From Balanoglossus misakiensis (lineage: Eukaryota > Animalia > Hemichordata): 64,000 nucleotides of DNA. This document shows positions 51,747-64,000 of the stretch, one piece after another; position 1 is the stretch's first letter; every line of letters starts with the position of its first letter. The position numbers and the translations under genes are program-made. The notes under the pieces are model-generated. The model did not search any database. It saw only the letters and a program-made list of their open reading frames with translations, and had not been told where the DNA came from. The DNA lies in the NCBI GenBank assembly GCA_040954595.2, contig CM082585.2, positions 7,527,808 through 7,591,807 on the forward strand, in the 5' to 3' direction.

Positions 51747-53429
51747 TTTTCGGTGGGGTGGGGTGGGGTAGGAGGTGCGGGCAGTGGGAAGTAGCAGATA
51801 TTCCGATGTTGAAGTCACGTTGCTTTATATCACAGTGTGGTAATGACCATGTCTGGAAAAAAACACACAAAAAGCATTAAAAACAACACTTTGCAAATTG
51901 AAACTAAATTTATACAGTGCCTAAGATAAAATGGAAATCATTTTCCAGTTGCCCCCCCCCCAAGAAATCAATTGGTTCTCCCCTTAATGCATATCAGTCG
52001 AATCGAAACACATGTGGTTGAGTGAAAATACATTAAAAATTATTTAACATCTCATGTGTCCAAATTTAATGGCCAGTGGCATAAGGATATGACCAGATGG
52101 TCAGCAGGCATATCTGGTCATTTAATATTTTAAAGTTTCATACAATTTCTAAATGAGTGAAATGCGTATGCTGTCTATATTTCAAAATGAAATTGAATGA
52201 TTTCCTAATTACTATTTAGCAATATTGTTAAAAATATTGAGGCTCTAATATTACTATGTGTCTGATCAATTATCTGTGTAATTTTGATGTGTTCATTATG
52301 TTTTGATTACCCCATTTGCAGACATTGTCATTCAGAATCACGTCGAGCCTGCAGGTCTTCATAAAATTACCCAATGAATCAAACACACATTTTGGCTTGT
52401 CAGTGTTGTTTATCACCGACAATCAGCCAGGTGGGTGTATGAATAACAAAGAAGGGGGCACTAAAAGTGATTCCTGCATCACATCCCAGAAGACTGTGAT
52501 TAAGATCCCTATGTGATGACAGGAAACCGCACCCAAAAATGATAAAATATAGGAGAATTAAAATGCTGACCCCTTTACATACTAAAACAAGATGGCCATT
52601 AACATTTTCACCCTCTTTCCTGTATAGAGGTCCAACTTAACAATAAAACAGGATAATATACATGAAATAGATTTGCTAATAGGCAAAAAAAGTATGACTC
52701 GGCATTTATTAGTTCATTTCAATATATTTAATATATATTAATACATCAATGTGTCATTTGCTTATATACGGTAAAAAATTCATCGGTTTCATATTTTTTT
52801 ATACCTGCAATTTTAGAAGTAATTTTGCCACACATGGGTTAAGTGCATGTGGGATGGGTGATATTTGTCCCATACATCATACATGTGTCAACCCAAATAC
52901 ATGTACTTTGGAAGATGAGATTTCATGTTACAATGCACATCTATTGAAATGATCGCTCCATAATGCATGAAGGCTTTTGTCATAGTTCAATGGTTATTGT
53001 CGTAGCTTCACATAATTACGAGTAGTACTACAATAACAACAATTACATGTACATTGAGTCTTGACAGGGATCGCTGCATGCAAAAGAATGAATGTAGACT
53101 GTAGACAGACTATCAAGCTCAAGTCCGTGCATGCAAGCATAAAAGGGGGCGATCGATCGCAAGACATAGCATGGTCGATCCAAATTCTGCAAAATACAAA
53201 TGTACCCGGGCAATGAAATACTGTACTGACAACGATTGCACTAAGTAAAAGTGGGCGTGTACGTAGTGGTTTGTTATTAGCGATGTTGCAGTCTATAATT
53301 TCCTCTGACAATCTTCGATGGTGACATCGATCGATCTTCGATGTACATCACACTCGTGACTACGCCGTTGCCTTGGTGAGCTGTGAAACAAAAATCTGCA
53401 TTCAGGATCAGTGTAATAGACAGACTTAC

Positions 53430-53761
53430 CAACTTTCCTGGCAAATCGGCACAACGCTGTGCTCGTATGCATATGTATGCACTGATTGGAATAACAAGAC
53501 AGCGGCTTGTTCATCTGTTCATCATTTAAATTTCGTGTCGTGTCAAAGGTCAAACTCCAACTCCCTCGCGTATACTCTCGCGAGATGTTGTGAAATGTAA
53601 CCAGACCCAAAATGGCGCTATGAGTGGTTTATTTGAAACCGTTTTTCGACGTATGTTTGAAGATATTGAAGTAATGCAATGCAAGAAACCGTAACCCTGG
53701 TGGACAGCTATAGCCAGAACACTACTCGAGCCACTGGCAAGACGTTGGTAACATTCATTAC
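53430..53761. promoter_or_regulatory. Putative bidirectional promoter and first exons of the NHE (-) and TMTC4 (+) genes
   Basis: Minus-strand donor GTAAGT at 53429-53424 and plus-strand donor GTAAGT at 53762. Between them: TCTCGCGAGA palindrome (53576-53585), YY1-like CAAAATGGCG (53608-53617), CAAAGGTCA, and local CpG enrichment. Confidence 0.7.
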
Positions 53762-54739
53762 GTAAGTGACCTGTAGCAGACGACAGTAACCACGGCAGCG
53801 ACTGTGACGCTCTGCTGGCGAGCTCGACTTCTCATGTACTTTTGTAAACAAACTCTGGTACTTTCCACGTGTCGCGTGTTATAATACTCAACATTGGAAT
53901 TCGGAGCTGGGCGTTCCCTTGAGAAAACCAGGTGGCGGTTCCTGGTTTCTAAGGGTTGTCGGGAGCGATGACAATTGACCAGAAAGCGACGAAGACGTGG
54001 CGGAGTGTGCGGTCGACACCAGTGTTAATTTTGTTGGGCAGCAACTTGAGCAAGACTCGACGCGAATGTATGGCATGGCTTTATAACATCATCGACAGTC
54101 ACAGGTTTTGATGATATGACGACGGAAGCAAGTACGGAGTACACATTTTTACTGATGCCAAATTTGAGTTTTCACGTGCATCGTTGTTTGTGTCCAATTT
54201 CTTTTGCCTCGGCTGCAGTAGTACATATGTTAGTGTACATTTGTAATATACATTAGTTACAACCTTTATCAGTTTGTGCATATAATGATATACTGATGAA
54301 ACACGTCATTAGTTTATTCAGTGGCCGTGGTGTAGCAAACGTGTAATGTACGACACTTGTGATTGGTAAAAAATTTTCACTTTAGTAATTCTCTTTAGAG
54401 AATTCAGAATAGATGTCTATTATTATGTTTTGCCAAGTATGATACAATATTGTACAGTGTCATGTTTTTTTATTGGTTCATGCAGTTTCAAAATGAGGTC
54501 AGGTGTTTATAACTGATGACCAAGTTACTTGACGTGCCTTGAGCAAAGCAATAAAACTAGTCAACGCGGACCAATAAAAGTTGGTAGCCAGAAATTTCAA
54601 ACATACTAAAGTTGTTTTAAACAACAGTGTTTTTTTCTGCATGTGGCAGTACATTTCATTGTAGATTTTGAATACTTTGTCGAGTTATATTGTGATTTGT
54701 TTGTATATGTGAAGTCATATGCGTTTGAACATTTGAAGT

Positions 54740-57700
54740 ATGCAGAACCACGGTTCTCCCAGACACCGACAGAAATCCAGAAACGGTGCTCACGGCCACC
54801 CAACTCTGTCCAGACCTGAACCTGTCAAGCTCGGATCGACTGAATGGGATGAGGTCCTGCCGTTGCCACGGTTACCGTTCTCCTGGGCAGCCTGTCTGGT
54901 TGGATTGTTGTCTCTGGTCTGTTACTACAACAGCATCCACGGTGACTTTGTGTTCGACGATACGGAAGCCATCCTCAGCAACGATGACTTGAAACCCGAA
55001 ACCCCGTGGACGGACGTCTTTCAGAATGATTTCTGGGGCAAGAAGCTGACCAAGAAGGAAAGCCACAAATCATACAGGCCGCTGACTGTCCTGACGTTCA
55101 GGTTAGTGCTGACAGCCATATTTTACTTATGGTCAGTCTGATTCACTTTCATGTTGACCTTCAGCTTGATCTTTGATCCTGGCAACAAGTGCTGGTGTGC
55201 GAATTTGCAATTTTAATTTTGCAAATCTGCAGACCATGTCCCCTTGTGTAAATTGTGATATAAAAGGCATATCCACACATTTCTGTCTGGAGATTTTCCA
55301 ATGGTAAAACAGATGTGAAATACCTTCTCAAATGTTTGCAAAATCAAATGCCTAAAAACTTGGAACAACGCTTCTGTCAGTAAGACGGGCGTTTCGCATC
55401 AGTGTCATAGTAAAAATAGGTCAGGAACCATAGCCACAACACACATGTTTGTTTGAATATCTAACAGTAGACTGGATAATGTCAGCCATGTTACTTTATG
55501 TTTAGTATCAAATATATCATTCCTTATCTATGCAATGCATTAGTTTTATATATAAAGAGGATTGAGTACGTCTCACATTGAGAACTGAATATAAACAGTG
55601 CTTTAAAATAGGTGGTAGTGGTACCTGGTACCTAATGAGTCACTGAGGTCAAAAGTCACAGCCATAATGAGCATAGAATGTTAGTTCAGAAGATAATGTT
55701 TAAGGCCAGTAGATAATGTTCAAAGCAATCATTTTGTAATTATGCCATATCAATTATTCTCGAATTGTTTGAGAATTTATCTTATTTGGCGGATTGAAAT
55801 GTGCGACTATTCTGTTCTCGTTAGCCTAAGTACAAGTAGAGATTTCTAATCTGGTATGAGAAAATATGTTATGTATTTTCAGGGTTTGTAGGTTGGCACA
55901 TGTACAGTGTAATGGATGAAAAACTTACTCTTGAATAACAATTTCATTTCTGTAATGGATTATTAAGAATAATACCCTTGATGATTTTTTCTGACACATT
56001 TTTCACTCAAAAGAGGTTGCCATGATATGAAAATATTCAGTTGAAATCTTATGATGACAGCCAATTTCTTTAGGGAGCTGTTACTTTGCTAGGCTGATAA
56101 ATTTTACAGGCGCCCCGCTGTCTATATTAATAATGCAATCATCTGTACATTATTAAGAGGTAACAGCAATGTTACCATAGTTACCCAACTACTTACGTTA
56201 TGTCCCCAGTTGTGACAAATAAAGTTAAGACTATATCTGCGATAAGGGAGCTATATTTATTCTGATGATAGCCATTCAGACAGTGATGTATACACTTGAT
56301 AAGAATATTTTTAATATTATAGTTTATACACAGACAGTCATGTTAATTTTCATTCTGTGTGTTCTCTAAGTGCCTAATTATTAGTACATGCTGTGTTCGT
56401 GTTTGTGGGTAATTGGGCATGCAGTGCTTTGGGGGACAGTTTGCCAGAGTGCCGACTGACCGACTTTGTGATCCCTGAATTTGCCACATTCCTTCACAGA
56501 GCACATTAAGCCCTATCTGGCTTTTCATCCCACAATGCTGGTGGTCATTTAGTATCGGCGTAAAAGTTGGGAAATACCTGAATGACTGCACTTCACATTG
56601 TGAAGCCCGTTCTTTATGGCGCACTGGGGGTAACAATGACTCTTTGCAACACGGTGCAGTCTGTACAATAAACAGTGCCAACCTAAAAGTAGATTCTTTC
56701 ACCATTTTTTTTCACCCTAGACTTTTTGCTTTCACAAACATGTCTGTGTGCAATGCGTTTTAATAATCAAACACAAAAACCAAGGACTCCTGATTTTTTA
56801 TTTGTGCAACAAAAACTCAGCATGTTGTTGGCCGATTTTCATCTGATAGTAAAAACAGTCTCTTCAGCATTTGTTCAGGACTCTGGTTACTGTAAGGCTC
56901 TGTAAAAAAAACTGTACGTGTGTGTAGAGCTAACATGATTGATGTCCAACTGATTTTGACCTTCAGCAGTACGTGTAGAATTGTAAATTTGCTGTGGAAA
57001 TTCTTTTGTTGAGAGATCACTCAAACTTGACTCATGAACTTAGATATTTGCTGCGATTTTATAACAAAGATATATCCCATTGGATGGATGATATTTTTAG
57101 CCTGAATTAGAATATAGCTGTTAAAAATATTTGTCCCAGGGCTAGATGACACATATGGCATATCAAAAAATCTTATTACCACATGTTGTGCGAATTCATC
57201 GGCTATTTGTTATGTTGATGCCACCTTTGGCTAGAAAAGAAAAGTAAATTTTGCAAGAACCATCTGCCACAAAATGACTGGTTTTATCAAATGAATCGCT
57301 CAAAGGTTTAACTGAGAAAATTGAGTTTAAATAAACCTAATTCATGAGATTTCTGTGAAGTGAAGGGTTGGGGGTTCATATGGAAAGAGGATGTAAAGCA
57401 CTGCATTGTGGGTGTTGTGGCTATAGGCTCTAGTCTGTGACTCTGGAATCATGGGTAAGGGTCTGTTGTTTCTACAGTGTGATTTTGATGCTAGACCAAA
57501 CTGGTCAATCACTATGGAACAGTGAAATAATATCAAGACAATATTTATGCATGGCGGGATTTTCCTGCTTGTAGTTTCAGACAAATACAGGCTACATGTT
57601 TATGTAACATTGCATAATTATGTGTGGTTGACACTGAGTCTGTGAGACTTGCTGACCTATAAAACCACACAGGAAACCTGTTGAAGATATGTGAAATTAA

Positions 57701-60700
57701 TTTTCCAGTCCTGGATGTGAAACCTGTAATAAAACATATGGTTGACGGAATACGCATATAATAAATTTCTTGTTTGGTGACCTTGGGTCAGCTTCAACAT
57801 TGTTGAAAACTTTTGCATGACTTGTAAATTTACCAGACTTTCACATGTTGTTTCGATCACATGAAAGTTTTGTCAAGGATGGACTGTGTGTCACCGATCA
57901 CTATAAGTTATAGGTTGTAGCCATAAATACATGTATGCAAGTTGTGAAACACAAGTACTAAATCAAGCTTTTAAGTTCCAAGTTCCACAAAGAATAAGTT
58001 TCTGATTTAATCATTTTACCCATAATAAATTTGTAATACTAGTAGTATAAATGAATTGAAAAGCTACATTTAAGATGCTAAGATTTGATAAAATTATACT
58101 TTGATTTTTTTAAGAGAGATCCATGTACTAAAAGCAGACATAACAAAAGTAACTTCAGTGTAAATGAATTTTATATGGACCACTATAATGAATTTTTTAA
58201 TAGCCAGTAATTCTGTCAATGACAGCTAAATGTATTGCACAGTTCAGTGTTGTATCGTCTTTTATCTTTTGCCTCTTAAGAAATAAATGTCGTAGATAAG
58301 GAATGTTCTGTATGGAGAACACATGGCGAGTCTTAAACACTGATCCAATGAAGATGATAGAAATCGTTCCCATACCACACATTTATCCCCTTCATGTACT
58401 TGGTTAACCCATAATCCATAAAATATCCCAAGCACGCCAGTCAGTTGCAGAGATCAGAGGTTGAGTTTGAGAGACCGTAAGATGCAGCCAGCTGTTTAAT
58501 TAGGCGCTGGATTCTTCGAGGATGGCTCGATCCGTCGTAATAGATGACTGGGAAAAAATTGTATCATAGAAGCGACGTCCAGATATGATACTGTAATGAT
58601 AAATGACATTTCCTACTTAGTCGTCAAGCAGGGAATAATTCAGTGACTTCATTATTGCAGCTGGATTTTGAACTTTTAGGTCAATCTTGACGGGTTGTAA
58701 TGTTATGCTAGCAGCGTACAAAGACATAACTTATTCAAGCTATATGCCAGACTTTTAATACTAAAAGTGAAACAAAACAAGTTATAGGCTATAATAACTA
58801 AGTCAGATTTATTATAATACCCAGTGCAGTGTTGACACCTAGACAAAATATTTAGCAAGTTTTGTCTTGGTTTATATATGATCATCACATTTAAAACACA
58901 ACTTGCTAAAACCAACGCTGAAATCACATGTACACTTGTGTCTATTTTTTTTTTCCAGATTGAACTATTGGGTGAGTGGTGGGTACCATCCAATGAGCTT
59001 CCATCTCACCAATGTGGTCCTGCACTGTCTGGTCAGCGTGTTGTTCATGTCCATGTTCTCCGTGCTGTTCCGCGAAGTCAACAGCGAGAGTCGGGAAGAG
59101 GAATGTTTTCCGGCAGCCAGAGCGAGCCTGCTGTCTGGATTGCTGTTTGCCATTCATCCGATACACACAGAAAGTGTAAGTAAGCATGTGTTGCATCTGC
59201 ATACGCACAATCAGCAATGATACTTATGACAGTTGAATTTGAGTCTGAACTATAATTCAGTTATCAACAATAATATACAGTAGCACTAGACACACATTCG
59301 TACTTTGTTGACAAGCTGAATATGTAGCATTCTAGAAGAAGAACAAGAAGTTGTAGTTGTTAGTGTTACACATACCAGAATTGTCAGATAATCATTGTTC
59401 TACATTTTCTCTCGCAATATATTTTCAGGTTGCTGGTGTAGTTGGCAGAGCTGATCTGTTATGTGCCTTATTCTTTTTCCTTTCATTTATGCTGTATACG
59501 AAAGCCTGCAACAAAGGTAATTCTTCCAGACTGCATATAAATATTAATCACAATCCGTGTAAGATCTGACTTTTTATCTGTGTGAGATCTACTATATTTC
59601 ACTTAAAGTTCCGTGACTTCAACAGAATCAACTGTGATCAAGGTCATTTGCAATATTATCATTTGCATGCTGGGATGATTACCATAGTTGTCCGTTTCTA
59701 AAATTATTGCTACAACAGCTGTTTCTGCAAGACGAGTAAAAATAGTTCCACACCAGAGTCCTAGGGCTATTTCTTTGCTGACCATATTCTCGTAAAAACA
59801 TTTGTGTTTTGCCATATGTTTTGTTAAGAAGAGTGAAAAAATACCAATTATATTATACCAGTATATTGATGGTGTAAATCACGCTATTTGATTGGTCGAG
59901 ACACGACACGTGACCGTGATATATTAGCCATATACCACAGTCATATAGCATAGTCAAAGAAAATGCCTTTTTAAAATGTTTTATGCAAAGTTTCAATATA
60001 CTGGCATAATATAATAGCAATAAAACACCCCAGCCATGGTATATCACTCGATTTTGACCAGTTCAACTCCATATACGCACTCGCTATCGCTCGTGCGTAT
60101 ATGTCGTGAACTGGTCAAAATCTCGTGGTATACCATGGCTGGGGGTGTTTTATTGCTTAAGTATATCATGGCATATCAGATGGAATATTGCTACAGAGAG
60201 TTCTTATTTAATATATTTCCAATTCAACAGAAAGAACATAGATAAGTGATTTTATATGTGGCACAGCAATGATCTTATACACATACTATAGGTGGTGTCA
60301 GTTACATCAATCCTTCAAATAGATTATTGTCTAGATGTACCTGTACAGTTGACTACAAATTATGATTTTTTTCCCCTTTTTGCAGACATATCATCTATGG
60401 GTTATAGACCGGTCGACTTTTCTATTCCACTAGTTTTACTGAGTGTTATCTGTTGTGCCACTGCCATGCTTTTTAAAGAACTTGGAATCACAGCAATAGT
60501 GAGTACTAGTCTGTGTGTTTTATCTGTCACTGACAGACTGGCTGACTGACTGACTGACTGAGTGAGTGACTCACTTATTAACTCACCTTCTGACTCACAT
60601 AATCACTTCAGTCAGTCAGTCAGTAATCGGGCAGGAAGGCCACTATTTAGAACACTTTAAAGCAGACTTGGCATCTAATGTTCTAAATTATGGTTGGATG

Positions 60701-63700
60701 TTTGAGTTTTGTTGAAAATGTCTGCTTTTTAAAGAACCACGCCCGGAACATGTTTTCTCCATTAGATGGACTGTCGTTTACTGTATTTCAATGCAGTATC
60801 GCAGATTACACATGGACTTTGAACTGTGTTTTTCACCCATAAATCATACAGTATAGCTCTTAACAGTTGAGTGAAGATTATTACGATATGTGCACTGTGA
60901 AAAATACACATCTACATGTATAGACATGTCACACCAAGAACAGCGATAATTGGGCAGCGTCGTAAACTTACAAAAGAATATAATAGCCGAAATGTCCTTC
61001 ATTGATTTATAAATTTCAGGCTTACTGTTATCGGTGCCTCATAGTAAAAAATCAGTTTTAAACCCATTATGAGATTAACCTTATCTGGAACGTTAATCCT
61101 GGGTCATTCTGTTGAATAAACCTTGTTGAAAATCCACTTTTGGAAAGGTGTCACGATGTAGAATGGGGACAATGGTGTTTTGGTCGTCAAAATGTGGTGC
61201 AACTGGGACCTAATATCTCCAAGCCTTTCCCATACTTTCTTGCAGGGTATTTGCAGTGCTTACGATATCATCGTGGTTTGCAGAATCGATCCCTTGGACA
61301 TCTTTAGTTATTTCACCGCCAAGTCGAAAACAGAGCAGCCCACTGCAGGGGCAGACAGAAGATGGGTTAGCGCTTTGATAAAAAGGCTCGTACTCCTAGC
61401 AATTTCAACGGTCGTCATGTTAGCCTATAGATGGTACATCATGGGATCTGGAGCGCCCTCGTTCCAGCCCGTCGACAACCCAGCCTCCTTTGCCGACAGT
61501 CTCATAGTGAGGGTGAGTGGAACATGTTGCTGAACCTGCACACCCCTTAAGTTCTGTGTGGAATGGTCCATCGACATGGCATAGCAAGAACAGATTGTTG
61601 CAATACCTGTGTTCTAAGGGGGTGGTAACGGTTTAAGTTTCCACTCTGTCCTGTCTTTCTAGAATTGCCTAGAAACAATATGTACACAGTTGTCAAAATT
61701 CAGAATGTAGTGCCCTGTACAGTTAATAGTTGAAAGGTGTGTTTACATTGCCTTTGCAATGAGTACACAAATATATTATGTTGGAAAAATAGTCCTGTAA
61801 TTTCATATTGTTTCGCATTATTCCACCTAATTGTTTTGGAGTTACGAAAAACATTCTGTATAGAGACAGATTTCTGAGTTGCCCTGCAGTAGGCTCGATA
61901 ACATGTTTTGTGAAGAATTATTAATGATAATTATGGAACTTGTGTATATTTTCTTGCAGATAATAAACTACAATTACATTTATGCCTTAAATGGTTGGCT
62001 GCTGATCAACCCGTGGTGGTTGTGTTTTGACTGGGCCATGGGCTGTGTGCCACTCATAGAATCTGTCTTCGATCCACGATTGTTGACCGTGTTCCTGTTC
62101 TGGGGCGTGCTGGGAAGCTTGTTGGCGTTTGGAGTGGTGGCGAAAGCCTGCCATGAGAAAAGGTGGGAGTCTGATAAGAGCTTTTCCAGTAGATATCAAA
62201 GATCAAATCTGACATCTTTGCATCAGAAAAATAGTTCAGAATTATGTAAAATTGACACTCAACCCGGCTAAAAGTCTGGAACATAATAAAGTTGTGGGCA
62301 CCTTCTCAAATCATATATGATCAAATATATCTATATTTATGCATTGCGAATCACTCTTTTCATCATTATAGGTTGTTGATCATGGGCCTTGCATTGCTGA
62401 TCATTCCGTTTCTACCGGCAACCAATCTCTTCTTCCGAGTGGGCTTCGTGATCGCCGAGAGACAGCTCTACCTTCCCAGTCTCGGCTACTGCGTCCTGGT
62501 CACTCTTGGGCTCTGTAAGATATGCCACTGGAAGGAAGGCTATAAAACAGTAAGAGAAATCATTTTGCTTTTTCTGATTTTCTGATTTTGCACTTACAGG
62601 AATAAATACTATTATTATTTTCTTTGAGTTATACCAACAAAACAATCGCGTTCTAATGCAACTACAGTCAAACCTGTCTATAGTGGCCAGTCAAGGGACT
62701 TTCCTAAACTGGCCTTTATTGACAGGTGGCCTTTATGCAGAGGTTGATTAATGCACATGTGAATTGCACAGGGACTGTAACAAAGTGACCACTATATACA
62801 GGTGACCACTATATAGGGGTGGCCACTAACAGGGGTTTGACTGTATCACGTTTTCACACAACAGGCTATCCAGCTGTTTATTGTGACTTTGGTGGCAGTC
62901 AACATGTGGAGAAGTATAGCCAGAAGCCACGAATGGACGAAAGAAGAACTGCTTTATAAATCAGGGGCCAGAGTGTGTCCGCTGAACGCCAAGGTAACGG
63001 ATCTCTTCAAACCTTTCTCAATATTTACCATGATTTTTCCTTGGTATAATTTTCAGGTTTTGTCGGCAAAATATCTTCTTGAGTGAAGTGTTGTGACTGT
63101 ACATGTATCATATCCAAGCAGACTGTTACTGTAAAGGATTATCATAGAGAGCCATTTTTGATCGCATATTCTTATTTATGGTAGGTTCATTACAACATTG
63201 CCAAGAACATCGCTGACTTCGGAGACTTGGACGAAGCCATAGGGCATTACAGGGAGGCCATTAGGTAAGCATAATAACTTGGAATATCATTAGGTATAAA
63301 TGTAAAAGGGATACTTTATTTCAGAGATGTTGGAAACTGGATTTATGTAACCATGTCATTTTCTCTGAACACACTAGATTACATCCAGAGTACGACCAAG
63401 CCATGAACAATCTGGCGAACATTCTTAAAGACATGCGTCAAGAGTTAGAAGCTGAGACCCTGTTGAACAAGGCAGTGGAAATCAGGTGAGTAAAAAACAC
63501 CCCTCCCCAAGCCACTATGTGGTACAACCCATTGTTCTCATCAGTATGGTTGGACCCACACACAAGGGATGGGGCGAACAGGTTGAGTACAGATTCTGAA
63601 GTGTTAATTTTTTTTTACCCGTCATTATGTTACTTGGTTCAGTCTGAGAAGAAAAATACTGGAAACATGGCGAAAAGTTACAGCTAATGGAGCTTTAATT

Positions 63701-63923
63701 AATATAACCAGTGCATAATTTCAAATAATATACATGTATCTCCAAAGCTGTTGACTGTCATTTTCTGTGTGTTATAATCAGACCTGAATTCGCAGCTGCC
63801 TGGATGAACCTAGGAATAGTGCAAGCGGCTCTGAAAAAATACTCCTTAGCTGAAAAAAGTTACTTCAATGCTCTGACACACAGAAGAAATTATCCGGACT
63901 GCTTTTTCAATCTTGGAAATCTG
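54740..63923 (+). CDS. TMTC4: Protein O-mannosyltransferase TMTC4 (transmembrane and TPR-containing), 3' end beyond the window
   Basis: Exons 54740-55101, 58959-59175, 59429-59516, 60386-60498, 61246-61512, 61960-62162, 62372-62549, 62865-62993, 63185-63264, 63378-63485, 63782-63923. Motifs [81 protein letters not shown], followed by TPR repeats. Confidence 0.96.
59848..60160. mobile_element. Double-palindromic non-autonomous element (Crypton-like architecture) in a TMTC4 intron
   Basis: Inverted pair 59848-59869 / 59993-60014 (22 bp, 1 mismatch), immediately followed by a 142-bp imperfect palindrome 60016-60157 (AGCAATAAAACACCCC...GGGGTGTTTTATTGCT) and TAA. Confidence 0.75.
60533..60572. 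repeat. Degenerate (CTGA/GTGA)n microsatellite
   Basis: GACTGGCTGACTGACTGACTGACTGAGTGAGTGACTC; a reverse-complement (CAGT)n run lies at about 60609-60624. Confidence 0.7.
62663..62845. mobile_element. Tc1/mariner-superfamily (pogo/Tigger-like) MITE with TA target-site duplication
   Basis: TA-CAGTCAAACC ... GGTTTGACTG-TA; internal repeats GTGACCACTATATA x2 and TGGCCTTTAT x2. Confidence 0.85.
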
Positions 63924-64000
63924 GTAAACTGCTTTCTAGAATATTTTATTTTGTTTCTAAATGATTTTTTATTTCCTTTGAAAAATATGAAATATGGTTT

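Overview
AT-rich, intron-rich animal genomic DNA. Gene content and sequence style suggest an invertebrate deuterostome such as a hemichordate or cephalochordate (inference). Seven spliced protein-coding genes can be rebuilt by hand from GT-AG junctions with consistent phases. (1) The 3' four coding exons of YAP/Yorkie (+), whose 5' end lies upstream of the window. (2-3) Two tandem DGAT2/MOGAT-family acyltransferases (+) with identical coding-exon sizes. (4) A 3-exon kisspeptin-receptor-like GPCR (-). (5) A SOUL/HEBP2 heme-binding protein (+). (6) A plasma-membrane-type Na+/H+ exchanger with 19 coding exons (-). (7) TMTC4 (+), which runs off the 3' end and is head-to-head with the exchanger across a compact putative bidirectional promoter. 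Several MITE-like or palindromic elements and microsatellites are also present. I found no convincing wholly new multi-gene system. The best leads are: an atypical KISS1R-like receptor with a very short tail and a 55-codon open frame after its TAG; asymmetric divergence of one MOGAT paralog; a cluster of ancient miRNA seed sites downstream of the YAP stop; a possible mutually exclusive splice choice in the NHE tail; and one repeat sitting beside the first coding donor of two unrelated genes. Comparisons with human proteins are from memory, not database searches.
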